Of a DNA stretch of 24,643 bases, positions 1 through 10,900 are shown piece after piece. The DNA comes from a virus. Its lineage: Duplodnaviria > Caudoviricetes. The notes beneath the pieces were generated by a model. That model saw nothing but the letters and a program-made list of their open reading frames with translations. It searched no databases and was not told the origin of the DNA. Positions within the stretch are counted from its first letter, which is position 1. Every line of letters starts with the position of its first letter. The position numbers and the translations under genes were made by a program. The stretch lies in the IMG/VR virus record IMGVR_UViG_3300033067_001997, positions 1 through 24,643 of that record, one strand, 5' to 3'.

Positions 1-263
1 CTACGACCTACTTCAGCGGAGCGACTGAACTCGGAAGCCTGTTCGCCGGGTCGACACCGACTTATGTTCAGCCCGGAACCAACATAGCCACCGGAGGAAC
101 AGCCTCTCGGCCCGTCGTTCATGTTGTCGGTTCGCCTGTGTTCACGGCTGTCACGACCTCCAGCCTGAGCGGCACATCGGTATCGGCTACGACCTACTTC
201 AGCGGAGCGACTGAACTCGGAAGCCTGTTCGCCGGGTCGACACCGACTTATGTTCAGCCCGGA
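1..263 (+). repeat. Exact 77-bp direct repeat (1-77 = 187-263), period 186 nt; a further degenerate copy at ~600-780
   Basis: ctacgacctacttcagcggagcgactgaactcggaagcctgttcgccgggtcgacaccgacttatgttcagcccgga occurs at 1 and at 187; in-frame coding repeat. Confidence 0.9.
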
Positions 264-1154
264 CTCAACATAACCACCGGAGGGACCATTACGCGTCCTA
301 TTGTAGGGCTCCAAGGAGACATATCAGTCACATCGGTAACGGTGTCAAGCCATATAAGAGACAACGGCTCAACAACACAGGGAGGAATCTACTTCAAGGA
401 TACAGCCAGCAACAATATAATCAATAGCAACCGCCTGATATACAATCCAATCCAAGGGTTAATCACCCTGAACACTGGTTTGGCAAACGAAGGTATGTAT
501 GTATTTGACGGAGGCTTCACCGGTGTAACAATTCAGGGAAATATAATTAGTTCTGGCTCTACGAACATCCAAGACCTGTTTGCTCCGATATCGGCTTCTG
601 CCACATACGTCCAACCCGGCAGCAACATCACAACGGGAGGAACCGATTCGAGACCCGTCGTGCATGTTGTCGGTTCTCCGGTATTCACCGGGGTCACGGC
701 TTCTTCGGTAAGCGGAACGAGCGTCAGCGCGACGACTTACTTCAGTGGATCCACAAACATTGGTACTGTTTTTGCCGCAAAAACACACTCTCATACGGGA
801 GGAATAACCTTCATCATGGATGGAGGTGCAAGCGTAATATCAACGGGTCAGAAGGGATATCTTATCGCTCCGTACTCGGGAATTATCACTGGTTGGACGA
901 TTGTGTCTGATGTTATTGGCAGCATAGTGGTAGACGTCTGGAAGGACACCTATGCGAACTATCCACCGACCGTGGCGGATACCATAGCTGGCTCAGAGAA
1001 GCCAACACTGTCGTCTGTAAATAAGAACAGTGACTCCAACCTGTCCACATGGACGACCCAGTTCAGTATGGGGGACATATTTACCATCAACGTCGATAGT
1101 GTATCGACTGTTACGAAAGTTACTTTGCTATTACACACCATCAAATTAGATTGA
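1..1154 (+). CDS. Tail fibre/virion structural protein with ~62-aa internal repeats (5'-truncated by window edge)
   Basis: The frame of ORF 138..1154 is open back to position 3 (TTYFSGATELGSLFAGSTPTYVQPG...). Thr/Ser/Gly-rich with repeated TYVQPGxNIxTGGT..RP motifs; ends at TGA 1152-1154. Confidence 0.7.
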   Translation, partial: TTYFSGATELGSLFAGSTPTYVQPGTNIATGGTASRPVVHVVGSPVFTAVTTSSLSGTSVSATTYFSGATELGSLFAGSTPTYVQPGLNITTGGTITRPIVGLQGDISVTSVTVSSHIRDNGSTTQGGIYFKDTASNNIINSNRLIYNPIQGLITLNTGLANEGMYVFDGGFTGVTIQGNIISSGSTNIQDLFAPISASATYVQPGSNITTGGTDSRPVVHVVGSPVFTGVTASSVSGTSVSATTYFSGSTNIGTVFAAKTHSHTGGITFIMDGGASVISTGQKGYLIAPYSGIITGWTIVSDVIGSIVVDVWKDTYANYPPTVADTIAGSEKPTLSSVNKNSDSNLSTWTTQFSMGDIFTINVDSVSTVTKVTLLLHTIKLD

Positions 1155-1158
1155 TAAG

Positions 1159-3294
1159 ATGCTCAGAGCAGTAGAACATCAGTTCAACAACCGCACGTTT
1201 GTAACATACCCCACCTATAGCGCGTCCACTACGACTCTTGGCAGGTTGATGAATGTGTACACGGGAGTTACAGCCGTCGAGAATTACGCTGGGCCGTTCA
1301 AAGTGGCCTTGGCAAGGCCCATGGAACAATCAACGCAGATACCGGGCATTTATCCGTTCGTATACAGGTGGAGCAACACCATCGATTGGGTGTTCTTGGC
1401 AGATAATGCTACGGCCGCAGCCACAAGAAGGGTAGTGTTGTACACCTACGATAGGACCACGAACGTGTTAAATTGGAGGGGGTTTGTGTTGATGACATAT
1501 CCTGTTGCGACGGTACATACCATAAGGGGGTTCCGCGTAACGGTGGATGAATATACAGGAATCACTAACAGCACGGCGTCTGTGAACGGAACGGCCGTCA
1601 CAGGGGTGAATACCGGATGGCAGGACGTAAGAATTGCTGTCGGTGCAAGGATAGGATTCGGAACCACCGACCCCACACAGGTGGGGACATGGTACGTCAT
1701 TTCGGCCATTGGTTCGAACACCTCGATAACGTTGGCGACGAATGCTGGAGTGATATCAGCGGGCCCATTCGTGATTGAGGAAATACGCTTGATAAACGCC
1801 AACACGAACGCGACAGCAACGAACGGAGGTCTGTTCGTAACAAAGGGGGTAAACTACGATGACTTCACCATTGCTGGCACAACGATACCTGCGGCTGTTT
1901 CAACTGACAATATAAAGGCGGTATATTACCTTGGAGATAATGCCGGAACTCAGGTTAACCAAACGGCCTGTGGAATGGGATTGAGAGACAAAGAATCATG
2001 GACTGCGCATACGGCGTACGTCATTGATTCGACATCCACCCCGAGGGTATACGCCTATAATCTGAGGGCATCATTGACGGGATTCGCCTCAGGCAAATCC
2101 GGCTCCGCCATTCTATTCTCTACCGGAACACAGGCAGTCACCGGTGCGCTCACGCAGACCAACAACGGTCGAATCGCGACATTGACCCATGGACCTGCGG
2201 CCGGAATAGAATCGCTTTATTTCGTGACGGCAGCACGTGTGAACCGAGCTTCCATTTCTGGCATTACCGTGGGAAGCACAACATGGGTGTCGGACACCAT
2301 GGTTGAAATACCTCCCGGAAGCACCTCGACCTTCCCCGCCACGGGTGCGTTCGGTAATGTGGAACCAACAGGTTACATCGATCGGCTATTGGTCCACTCA
2401 ACAGGAGCGGCAGGGGCCAGAAGCTACATTACAAAGTATAATACCGTCTCGGACCCGTTCGATCAGATTTTCATGATCGATAATAAGCAGATAGATCAGA
2501 CTTTGGCCGACCCAGACCTACCGCCAATGCCATCCATAAACGCATCTCCGTTCTCATCTTGGATAGAGGGAGGTCTCATGTATGCCACGAGGATAGGTAC
2601 AACGGCCATCCTTAATCAGTTGTGGGCATTCCCTATCGGGTCGGATTGGGACTATGCCGATGCTACAGGAGAGAGGTTGATCACCCCGGAATTGTTGACC
2701 CCTAACGTCAGCAGGTTCAAGCGGGTGTATTGCAACCATACAAACATGCTTGGGGATTCAAACTACGGTATTCCACCCGAGCCGTTCAGGATGTACTATA
2801 GAACGGCCGGGATAAGCGACAACTCGGGAGGATGGACCCTGCTTGATGATTCGGGCAATCTTGATGGGGTAGCAGCCGCTGCTTCCATTCAATTTTCATT
2901 TACCTTCAAGATGATCTCGAACTACTGCACACCAGCAAGGATACATAGCGTTACCGTGTTGTACGAAGACGAGACGACCGACAGCCACTATCAGCCCTCA
3001 GCGGGCCTTTCCAATCTGACTTTGAAACAGTTCGCATGGCGCCATTCAACGGCATTCGGAGGTACGGTCCCAACGCTCAGAGTACGGCTGTATGATGCCG
3101 TGGCAGGTGGAGGAACGCTTGTGGACGATGACTCAGCAACGCCTACAGGTACGTGGGAGCGCTCCACGGACGGAGGTTCGAACTGGGTGGCATATACATC
3201 GACGGACAAAGGTAATGAAACGACCTACATCCGATATACTCCTGCGAGTTTGGCCGATAACATACGCGTAAGGGCACTTTTGACGCAGGAATAA
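1159..3294 (+). CDS. Large putative virion structural/tail-associated protein (711 aa)
   Basis: Long ORF rich in Thr/Gly/Ala/aromatic residues, beta-rich appearance, directly downstream of the tail fibre-like gene; no catalytic motif recognised. Confidence 0.6.
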   Translation: MLRAVEHQFNNRTFVTYPTYSASTTTLGRLMNVYTGVTAVENYAGPFKVALARPMEQSTQIPGIYPFVYRWSNTIDWVFLADNATAAATRRVVLYTYDRTTNVLNWRGFVLMTYPVATVHTIRGFRVTVDEYTGITNSTASVNGTAVTGVNTGWQDVRIAVGARIGFGTTDPTQVGTWYVISAIGSNTSITLATNAGVISAGPFVIEEIRLINANTNATATNGGLFVTKGVNYDDFTIAGTTIPAAVSTDNIKAVYYLGDNAGTQVNQTACGMGLRDKESWTAHTAYVIDSTSTPRVYAYNLRASLTGFASGKSGSAILFSTGTQAVTGALTQTNNGRIATLTHGPAAGIESLYFVTAARVNRASISGITVGSTTWVSDTMVEIPPGSTSTFPATGAFGNVEPTGYIDRLLVHSTGAAGARSYITKYNTVSDPFDQIFMIDNKQIDQTLADPDLPPMPSINASPFSSWIEGGLMYATRIGTTAILNQLWAFPIGSDWDYADATGERLITPELLTPNVSRFKRVYCNHTNMLGDSNYGIPPEPFRMYYRTAGISDNSGGWTLLDDSGNLDGVAAAASIQFSFTFKMISNYCTPARIHSVTVLYEDETTDSHYQPSAGLSNLTLKQFAWRHSTAFGGTVPTLRVRLYDAVAGGGTLVDDDSATPTGTWERSTDGGSNWVAYTSTDKGNETTYIRYTPASLADNIRVRALLTQE

Positions 3295-3295
3295 C

Positions 3296-3472
3296 ATGGC
3301 ACTTTACGACATCAACCTTTCTTCGTCAGAAGACGCGGGCTTCATTCTGGAGATACCGGCCGACACTGTTGCGGCGCCCATTGACATCGCGTCCATGGAT
3401 GATTATGGGATGGTGTTCGAAATTCCGGTCGTTACAGGCGGAGGAGAGTCCTTTGGTGGAGGCTTCTTCTGA
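3296..3472 (+). CDS. Small acidic hypothetical protein, 58 aa (MALYDINLSS...GGGESFGGGFF), absent from the ORF track
   Basis: ATG 1 nt after the TAA of the previous gene, open to TGA 3470-3472; fills the gap. Confidence 0.6.
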   Translation: MALYDINLSSSEDAGFILEIPADTVAAPIDIASMDDYGMVFEIPVVTGGGESFGGGFF

Positions 3473-3489
3473 GGACAGCATACATAAAC

Positions 3490-3497
3490 TATCTTTG
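3490..3497 (+). promoter_or_regulatory. Bacteroidota-type -7 promoter element TATCTTTG
   Basis: Matches TAnnTTTG; 5 nt upstream of ATG 3503. Confidence 0.55.
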
Positions 3498-3502
3498 TTG
3501 TT

Positions 3503-3925
3503 ATGAAGACAGTTTATGTGGATATGGATGGCGTATTGGCGGACTACGACAGTGCGGCCCAAGGCAAGACAGAGGAGGAGAAAAGAGAGAAGGGGTTCTT
3601 CGAGAACTTGAAACCCATAGAGGGTGCTGTTAGCGCCTTCATAGGGCTCTGCTGTAACTATGACGTTTACATTCTGTCCACCGCTCCGTGGTCCAACATC
3701 CATGCTCCATCCGAGAAGCGGGTGTGGGTGGAGCGGCACTTGGGTGAATTTGCCTTCAAACGCCTCATTCTCTCGCACAACAAGGGCCTGCTCAAGGGCG
3801 ACTACCTTATCGACGACAGGATCGCCAACGGAGTCGATGCGTTCGAGGGAAAACACATCCACTTCGGAAGCGGCAAGTTCCCTGACTGGCCCTCGGTGAT
3901 CAGATACCTCGCTCAGGACGAATGA
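3503..3925 (+). CDS. 5'(3')-deoxyribonucleotidase (NT5C family, HAD superfamily)
   Basis: VYVDMDGVLAD (HAD motif I), LKPIEGA, ILSTAPW, EKRVWVERHLG, LIDD. Confidence 0.9.
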   Translation: MKTVYVDMDGVLADYDSAAQGKTEEEKREKGFFENLKPIEGAVSAFIGLCCNYDVYILSTAPWSNIHAPSEKRVWVERHLGEFAFKRLILSHNKGLLKGDYLIDDRIANGVDAFEGKHIHFGSGKFPDWPSVIRYLAQDE

Positions 3926-4152
3926 ACGAGAATGACCTGCGCTCATCAATCAGGGCTTGGAGAGATTCCTGTTACGAGTATAACCTGAACATACTCTATG
4001 CCATGTCGTTCGACGCGGACGTGAGAGAACTGCTGCGGACCCTGTCCGTCCGCCCGCGTCGCATATTGGCCCGCGTGCCAACGCATGAGCGGTTTTGCAG
4101 CAAGCAGAGTGTCATTTCTTTTCTCAAGAGAGTCGGCAGAGGAGAAAAGTGA
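3922..4152 (+). CDS. Hypothetical protein (76 aa)
   Basis: ATGA overlap with the upstream stop; fills the gap. Confidence 0.5.
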   Translation: MNENDLRSSIRAWRDSCYEYNLNILYAMSFDADVRELLRTLSVRPRRILARVPTHERFCSKQSVISFLKRVGRGEK

Positions 4153-4153
4153 C

Positions 4154-4161
4154 TACATTTG
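4154..4161 (+). promoter_or_regulatory. Bacteroidota-type -7 promoter element TACATTTG
   Basis: TAnnTTTG match in the intergenic gap before ATG 4181. Confidence 0.5.
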
Positions 4162-4180
4162 TCTTCTTACAACACTTGCC

Positions 4181-5530
4181 ATGTCAAAAACACCTTCGAA
4201 CACCAAGCATAAGGCTGCACAGATCATCAAGAGCGTTGATATGGATGCTGACAACAGCATCGACTCGCAGAAGTATGGCAAGGCCAGCGTGCCGAAGGAA
4301 CCTCTCAAGCATACCCATCACATATCGCCGATGATGCAGGCGGTGTTCGAGAACTTCTTCAACGTCATCAAAAACAACGAGGTCATCTCCTCCATGATGG
4401 AGATCACCAACTTGGAGTTCTACACCATCGGCAAGCTCCGCCACTGCGAGGCGTTGAAGATCTCCGATATGAACGAACACAACCGCGTGGCGATGTTCAA
4501 GTTCAAGGACAAGAGCTTCTCCTTTGCCTTCACATGGGAGAAATCGTGGGATCAGAGCATCCACTACTACGCGAACATCTCCACAAAAGAGCCCATTTCA
4601 CTCAGGGGCCCCTAGGCATTCAAGTTGTTCTTCCAGATGGCCCTCGATGTGAGCGACCTCAAGGGCAAGTGCATCGACCTGAAAAAGGGCGTACACTGGG
4701 ACAAGTTCGAACTGAAGAAGACGACGTTCGATGATGTCTATGTCCCTGATTCCCAGATGCACGATTGCAAGATGTTCCTCGATGTCTACGATAAGAGCGA
4801 CAGCATGCTGAGGTATCTGATGGTGGGTCCTCCGGGTACGTGCAAGACGGAGATGGTGACGGCCATCGCCAACGAAGCTCAGCGCAAGGGTGTGACCATC
4901 GTGAAGATAGCCATCGACGAGCATATGGCGGACTGTGTTCAGTTCGCATCATATTTGTCCCCCGCGCTCATCTTGCTGGACGACATCGACCTGATGCTCG
5001 GAAGCAGGACCGCTGGAGGATATTCCAAGAACCTCGGCATCTTCTTGGACGTGATGGATGGCGCCAAGAAGATATCGAAGGATGTTGGCTTCTTGGCCAC
5101 CACCAATTCCAACCAGTTGCTGGACATGGCCGCTCAGCGCCCCGGACGCTTCCATCGCATACTCAATTTCAGCAGGATCAACCGGGATAACGTCAAGAAC
5201 ATCATCAAGAAGTCACTGCGACTGGAGTGCAACATTACGGACCAGAAGACAATCAACGCGTTCGTCGATGACAAGGTGGCCTCTTTGCTTCATGGCGAGA
5301 ACAAGACGGGCGCCTATATCTACAACGTGGTCCACATGCTTGTCCTTCGCGCGCAGAGTTTCAACGTAGCCCCCACGGCTGAATGGCTGGAGAAGGAGAT
5401 CAAGAGCGACATTGCGGCTATGGATGAACTCAAGAGGTCCTATGTCATGAAAGACCACATGGAGAACGAGGGTGTTAGTCGAGGTATTGGGTTCTCCTCG
5501 GATACGGAGGAAACGGAGGAAGCGGTATGA
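4181..5530 (+). CDS. AAA+ ATPase, probably one 449-codon gene interrupted by an in-frame TAG at 4613-4615 (readthrough, pseudogene or sequence error)
   Basis: Track ORFs 4085..4615 and 4625..5530 share a frame, joined as ...LRGP*AFKLFFQMAL...; Walker A GPPGTCKT, Walker B ILLDDID, SRH ATTN...AAQRPGRF. Confidence 0.75.
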
Positions 5531-5700
5531 CAGGGGAAGAATTGCCGCCTATGGGTCCGGACCTTCGCCGGAAGGAGGTCGTCAGTATCGTAGCCAACTT
5601 CCTGCAAGATAACAGGGACGAACCCTTGCTGGACGACTACGGTATGACGACAGAGGCGTTTGAGAAACTCCTTGGGCTCCTGAGGCGCAATGGGCATTGA
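5527..5700 (+). CDS. Small hypothetical protein, 57 aa (MTGEELPPMG...LLRRNGH), absent from the ORF track
   Basis: ATGA overlap with the ATPase stop; open to TGA 5698-5700. Confidence 0.55.
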   Translation: MTGEELPPMGPDLRRKEVVSIVANFLQDNRDEPLLDDYGMTTEAFEKLLGLLRRNGH

Positions 5701-6026
5701 TGCCATATTTATGGGTAGTGCCATACCCAACGGGAGTAACCATATACGATACACTGGTATCGCTTGACCAGAACAATGTGGCGGTGTCCGCCACCACGTT
5801 CGACACAGTGCTGTTCAAGGACGGACAGGAATCACTGTTGTCGGTCTCTATCTCTTTGTACGACATTCCGCGCGCCCTGTTCATGGCTTCATTCGTGCCG
5901 GATGAATATGGGTCTTATCAGTTGTATGCGAAGAACAACGTGACGGATGTTGTATACATGAGCAACATTTTCGACGTGTCAACCGGCATCACCGCTCCGG
6001 CCTCAAGCATATACATCGGCATATGA
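5700..6026 (+). CDS. Hypothetical beta-rich protein, possibly virion-associated; start may be GTG 5718
   Basis: ORF track 5697..6026; a TATTTA motif at 5706-5711 lies just before in-frame GTG 5718. Confidence 0.55.
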   Translation: MPYLWVVPYPTGVTIYDTLVSLDQNNVAVSATTFDTVLFKDGQESLLSVSISLYDIPRALFMASFVPDEYGSYQLYAKNNVTDVVYMSNIFDVSTGITAPASSIYIGI

Positions 6027-6104
6027 CGGAGCCCGGTTAAGGCTGTGCATCAGACACTTTGCTGATAGCAAAGCTATTTATAGACGCAGTTTTTCCTGCG
6101 TTTG

Positions 6105-7922
6105 ATGCATAGAGAACCCAAAGATTGGAACGTAGCGACCGAAAAAGAGAAGTACGAGGAGTTTGTAAAGTGCGCCCTCGACCCTGTTTACTTCATCGAT
6201 CGGCACGGCGTCGCATTCAATGCCGTTGTAGGAGGCTTCGGCCCCATTGAGTGCTACGAATATCAGAAGCGTGTGATCAACCAATACCTTGAGAACGCGT
6301 GGAATATAATACTGAAGTCGCGGCAAACTGGTCTGTCAGTTATCACTGCCGCATACGTCGCGTGGCGTTTGATGTTCCGCTCCAATGAGCGCATACTCAT
6401 ACTCGCCAACAATGGTAAGGGTGCCAAGCGATTCCTGAGCTACGTCAAGACGTTCATTGACGCATTACCCATGTTCTTGCAGCCGATGAACGGAAGCAAG
6501 GAAGGCAGGGTGAAGTGGAATGACACGAGGATAGAATTCAGCAACATGAGTTGGGCGGAGTCCGTGGCCGCATCGCCTCAGGCGGGACGCGGCGAACAGC
6601 TTTCGCTGGTTATCCTCGATGAGTTCGCCTTCGTTGAGAATGACAAGACGATATGGACCGCTATCAACTTCGCCTTGTCGATGTCCAAGGGCGATTGCAT
6701 CATGATATCGACCCCGTACGGCTCTGGTAACAAGTACCACGAGAACTGGGTGGAAGCCGAAAAGGGGAAAGGTGGATTCAACCCCATCAAGGTCCACTGG
6801 ACGGAGAACCCAGTTTGTAACAAGGGACTTCGACAGACCATTGAGAAGGGAAAGATGGTGTTCTGGAGCCCTTGGTATGAGGACCAGAGGCAGAAGATGA
6901 ACCACGACTCGGTGCTCATAGCACAAGAGCTTGATCTCTCATTCTTGGGGTCCAAGCTCTTGGCGGTGGACGAGACCATACTGAGCGATTATAGAGAGAA
7001 GATCAACAAGAACTCTCCTGTGGAGTGGTATTTCGACCACACCGCTTGCGCGTTCACGCAGTTGAAGAACGAGTTCTGGGTGTGGAAGCGGCCCGAAGTA
7101 CGCGTGAGCCCCGATGGTACAAGAACCCCTGTCAAGTACATCGTGAGCGCTGACGTTGCACGAGGTGACGGAAAGGACTACAGCGCCATACAGGTGATAC
7201 AGGTCGATACGCTCGAACAGGTGGCGGAGTACCAAGGCAAAATAGACCCCGACCTGTTCGCCAATATGATATACGCCATCGGAGCGGCCTACAACACGGC
7301 CTTCGTGGTGGTGGAGGGCAACTCCTTCGGACTCGCCACCACCTACAAGCTGACGCGGAACCTACAGTACGATAAGAACCAGATATTCTACAGCAAGAGC
7401 ACCAAGAAGATCCACGTGAGACCGTCCGGATATGAGGACTACGTGGTCGATGAGGACGAGAAGATACCCGGATTCCAGACCACCTTCCAGTCGAAGGTGA
7501 TGGTGGTGGACGCCATACGCAGGTCCATGAGAGAGGGGTCGGTGAAGATCAACTCGGTCCGCTTGCTCAACGAGTTCAACACATGGGTGATGGAGAACGT
7601 CTCCAAGGACAAGGTCGTGGCCGAGGCCGAATCGGGCTATAACGATGACCTCATCATGGCTTTGGGTATAGGCCTGTACATCCGCGAGACCGAATACGCG
7701 AACATAGTGGTCAATCGCGAGTTGACCAAGTCCATGCTCGACGCTTTCTCCACGTCTTCCTCTCCTATGTACGGGAAACAGATGTCGCCCGAGGAAAAGA
7801 GGAACGAGGAACAAAAGAATCGCGATGCCAAGAACAAGAACCGTGGCCTGTTCTACTTCAGGGACGGACAGGATGTCGATGGAGAGGACGACCCAAACGA
7901 CCTATCGTGGCTGATGGGTTGA
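6105..7922 (+). CDS. terL: Terminase large subunit (T4 gp17-like)
   Basis: KCALDPVYFI, Walker A LKSRQTGLS, Walker B LVILDEFAF, ISTPYG, nuclease motifs SADVARGDGKDYS, VVEGNSFG, NDDLIMA. Confidence 0.95.
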   Translation: MHREPKDWNVATEKEKYEEFVKCALDPVYFIDRHGVAFNAVVGGFGPIECYEYQKRVINQYLENAWNIILKSRQTGLSVITAAYVAWRLMFRSNERILILANNGKGAKRFLSYVKTFIDALPMFLQPMNGSKEGRVKWNDTRIEFSNMSWAESVAASPQAGRGEQLSLVILDEFAFVENDKTIWTAINFALSMSKGDCIMISTPYGSGNKYHENWVEAEKGKGGFNPIKVHWTENPVCNKGLRQTIEKGKMVFWSPWYEDQRQKMNHDSVLIAQELDLSFLGSKLLAVDETILSDYREKINKNSPVEWYFDHTACAFTQLKNEFWVWKRPEVRVSPDGTRTPVKYIVSADVARGDGKDYSAIQVIQVDTLEQVAEYQGKIDPDLFANMIYAIGAAYNTAFVVVEGNSFGLATTYKLTRNLQYDKNQIFYSKSTKKIHVRPSGYEDYVVDEDEKIPGFQTTFQSKVMVVDAIRRSMREGSVKINSVRLLNEFNTWVMENVSKDKVVAEAESGYNDDLIMALGIGLYIRETEYANIVVNRELTKSMLDAFSTSSSPMYGKQMSPEEKRNEEQKNRDAKNKNRGLFYFRDGQDVDGEDDPNDLSWLMG

Positions 7923-7958
7923 TTTTCCCTTCGATAGCTCAAGAACTATATTACTATC

Positions 7959-10900
7959 ATGGCAGAGAACAATAAGGATCAGAACATCTTCATAGGTCTT
8001 CTGAATGCTATAAATCCGCAGAAGAGCGCGAGGCAGGAGGACCCACAGAAGAACGTTCCGCAGCAATTCGACCCGCGCGGCGCCACAAGCCGCGAGGATG
8101 TGCAACAGAAGTGGTTGGACTGGCAGGTCCAAAAGCTCGATAAGGACCTGTATTCGCGTCCGATATACTTCGACTCCGACCGTATCAGCGCCTATCAGGA
8201 CTATCGTGCCATGGACCATTCTCCAGAGGTCCGTCAGGCCTTGAATATCATGCGCGACGAGTGCCTCACACCCAATGAATACGGAGAGATACTTCAGGTG
8301 TACTCCGATCAGGAGCGGGTAAAGGAGGCATTGACGGAACTGTTCGGCAACAGGCTCAATGTCAACTACATGCTCAAGCTGTGGATACGCGAACTACTCA
8401 AGTATGGCGATCACTTCGTGCTCTTGGAGATAGACAAGGACAAGGGTGTTGTTGGTCTGAGGAATCTGCCCACATCCGAGATACACCGGGAAGAGAACTA
8501 CAACAATGGGCCCGATGTAGTCAGGTTCCGCGATGATGTCAGGAGCACCTATTACACGGAGTGGCAAGTGGCGCACTTCCGGTTGATGGAGGACAGCGAG
8601 CGTCTTCCGTACGGAAGGTCCATATTGGACGCGGCGCGCAAGACATGGAAGCAATTACAATTGGCCGAAGACGCCCTGTTGGTCTATCGTATCACACGTG
8701 CTCCCGACAGGAGGGTGTTCTACATCGAAGTTGGCAACCTTGCCCCGGACGAGATAGGTCCGTTCATTCAAGCCATGCAACGATCTGTGAAGAAAGCCCC
8801 TGTTGCGGATCCGCGCAACGGCAACAAGGAATTCAAATACAACCCACAGAACGTATCGGAGGATTACTTCCTTCCTGTGCGCGGTGAGCACCACTCGCGC
8901 ATCGATACCCTGCCCGGAGCCTGCTTGGCGCTTGACACCAAGATTCGCTTGCTTGATGGAAGATCGCTGATGTTGAACGACATCATCAAGGAACATGAAT
9001 CCGGTAAGGAGTTATGGTCTTACTCCATCAACCCCAAGACTGGTGAGATGGTTCCGGGCAAGATCACATGGGCTGGTGTGACCCGAAAGGATACGCAGGT
9101 GGTGAAGTTGACGCTTGATAATGGTGAGTCGTTCATTTGCACTCCTGATCACAAGTTTCCTACCAAGTTCAACGGCAAGAAAGAGGCAAAAGACCTGTTG
9201 GGTGAATCGTTGTGGAGTTTCAATACGAAGAAAGAGCCGATATTCAAGAACAAACCAAAGGCCAAGGATTATGAAAAGATCTATGACCATTCAACCAACG
9301 AGTGGGTATTCACACACCAAATGGTTGGGAGGTACTTCAAGTCACTAGGAAAACACAATGAGCATGTTTTTTTGGAGAGTGAGAAAAGCAAGCAGAAGAA
9401 CGTAATCCACCATTATGACTTCAATAGGTTCAACAATCAGCCTTCCAACTTGAAGTTCATGTCTTATCATGACCACGTCATGCTTCACCAGTCTATGTGG
9501 GCGAATCATGAAGACGCGAGGATTGTTGGAAGAAAAGAATATTGGTCAAACCTTAGCCAAGATGAGCTTGACAATAAGCTTCGTGTGGCGAAGGAAAATC
9601 TTTCAAGGGCAACTCCCGCTTTGCAGGAGTTGATGAAGAACGACGGCTTCAAGAAGAGGTTCTATGAGAAAACATCGAAGGCGTTGCAGGTGAGCCAGAA
9701 TGCGCCTGAATTTAGAAAGAGGCAGAGCAAGAACGTCAAGAAGCAATGGGAGGAGGGCAGCATACGCGAGGCAGTTGCGACCAAGCAGAAGCTAAAGTAC
9801 ACGGAGTCCATGTTGCAGTCGGTCGTCAGCATGTGCAAATCGAACCTGAATGGGGCAGAGATATTGGTGCGCATCAATGAGTCAGGATCGGCATTCATGC
9901 AGGAGTTCATGGCACTCAACGCGGGCAACAAGCAGTTGACAAAGATGAAGGGTGGTTTCACCCACAACAACCTGAACAAGATGGTTGTGTCCTTCGGCTA
10001 CAAGAACTGGAGGGACTTCACCAAGAAGGTGGAATTCTTCAACCACAAAGTCGTCTCCGTCGAATGGTTGACCGACACTCAAGACACGGGAACATTGACT
10101 ATAGATGGCCAAGAGCAGTACCATGATTATCACACGTTTTCCCTTGATTGTCAGGTGTTTACGTACAATAGTAATCTGGGAGATATCCAAGATATTGAGT
10201 ACCTAGAGAACAAGCTCTTCTGCTCGCTCGTTGTGCCAAAGGCCTACCTGAACTTCGCCGAGGGCCTTCAGGGAGGGACCACACTCTCGCAGTCCGACAT
10301 CCGTTTCGCCCGTACCATCATCGGATTCCAAGAGGTGGTGCTGATGGAGTTGCATAAGATAGCCAAGGTACACTTGTTCCTTCTTGGGTTCAAGGAGGAC
10401 TATGAGAACTTCACCCTCAAGCTCAATAATCCATCCACACAGATGGAGTTGATGAAGCTTGAGATCATGAAAGCGCGTCTGGAGGTCGCCAAGGAATGGC
10501 ACAGCATGGATGCGAACTCATTCGCGTCTTGGACGTGGACCATGGAGAACATCTTGTCATTTTCCAAGAACGCGATCAAGAAGATGCTCAAGCAGAAGAA
10601 GGTCGAGAAGAAGCTCTTTGCGGAGATCGATGCGGCCCCTGAGACCTATAGGAAGACCGGTATCTTCAAGGATATCGACCAACGCTACGAGATAGCTGGT
10701 GCCGACCCCAATGGAGGCACTGGAAGCGAAAACGGCGGCGGTGGAGAATCCGATGGCTTCAACGCCTCAAGTGCGCTGGGAGATGATGGCGCCGGAATGG
10801 ACATGGGAGGTGGACCACCCGATCTTGGAGGAATGGAGGGTGGCGATACGGGAAGCGCTCCAAGCTCCGCTCCTACAGGAGGAGATGCGCAATCGGCCCC

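Noticed and set aside
1-263. Repeat as a CRISPR array or DGR template/variable pair
   Set aside because: It is an in-frame coding repeat with no spacers or adenine-specific mismatches, and no cas or reverse transcriptase gene is present in the window.
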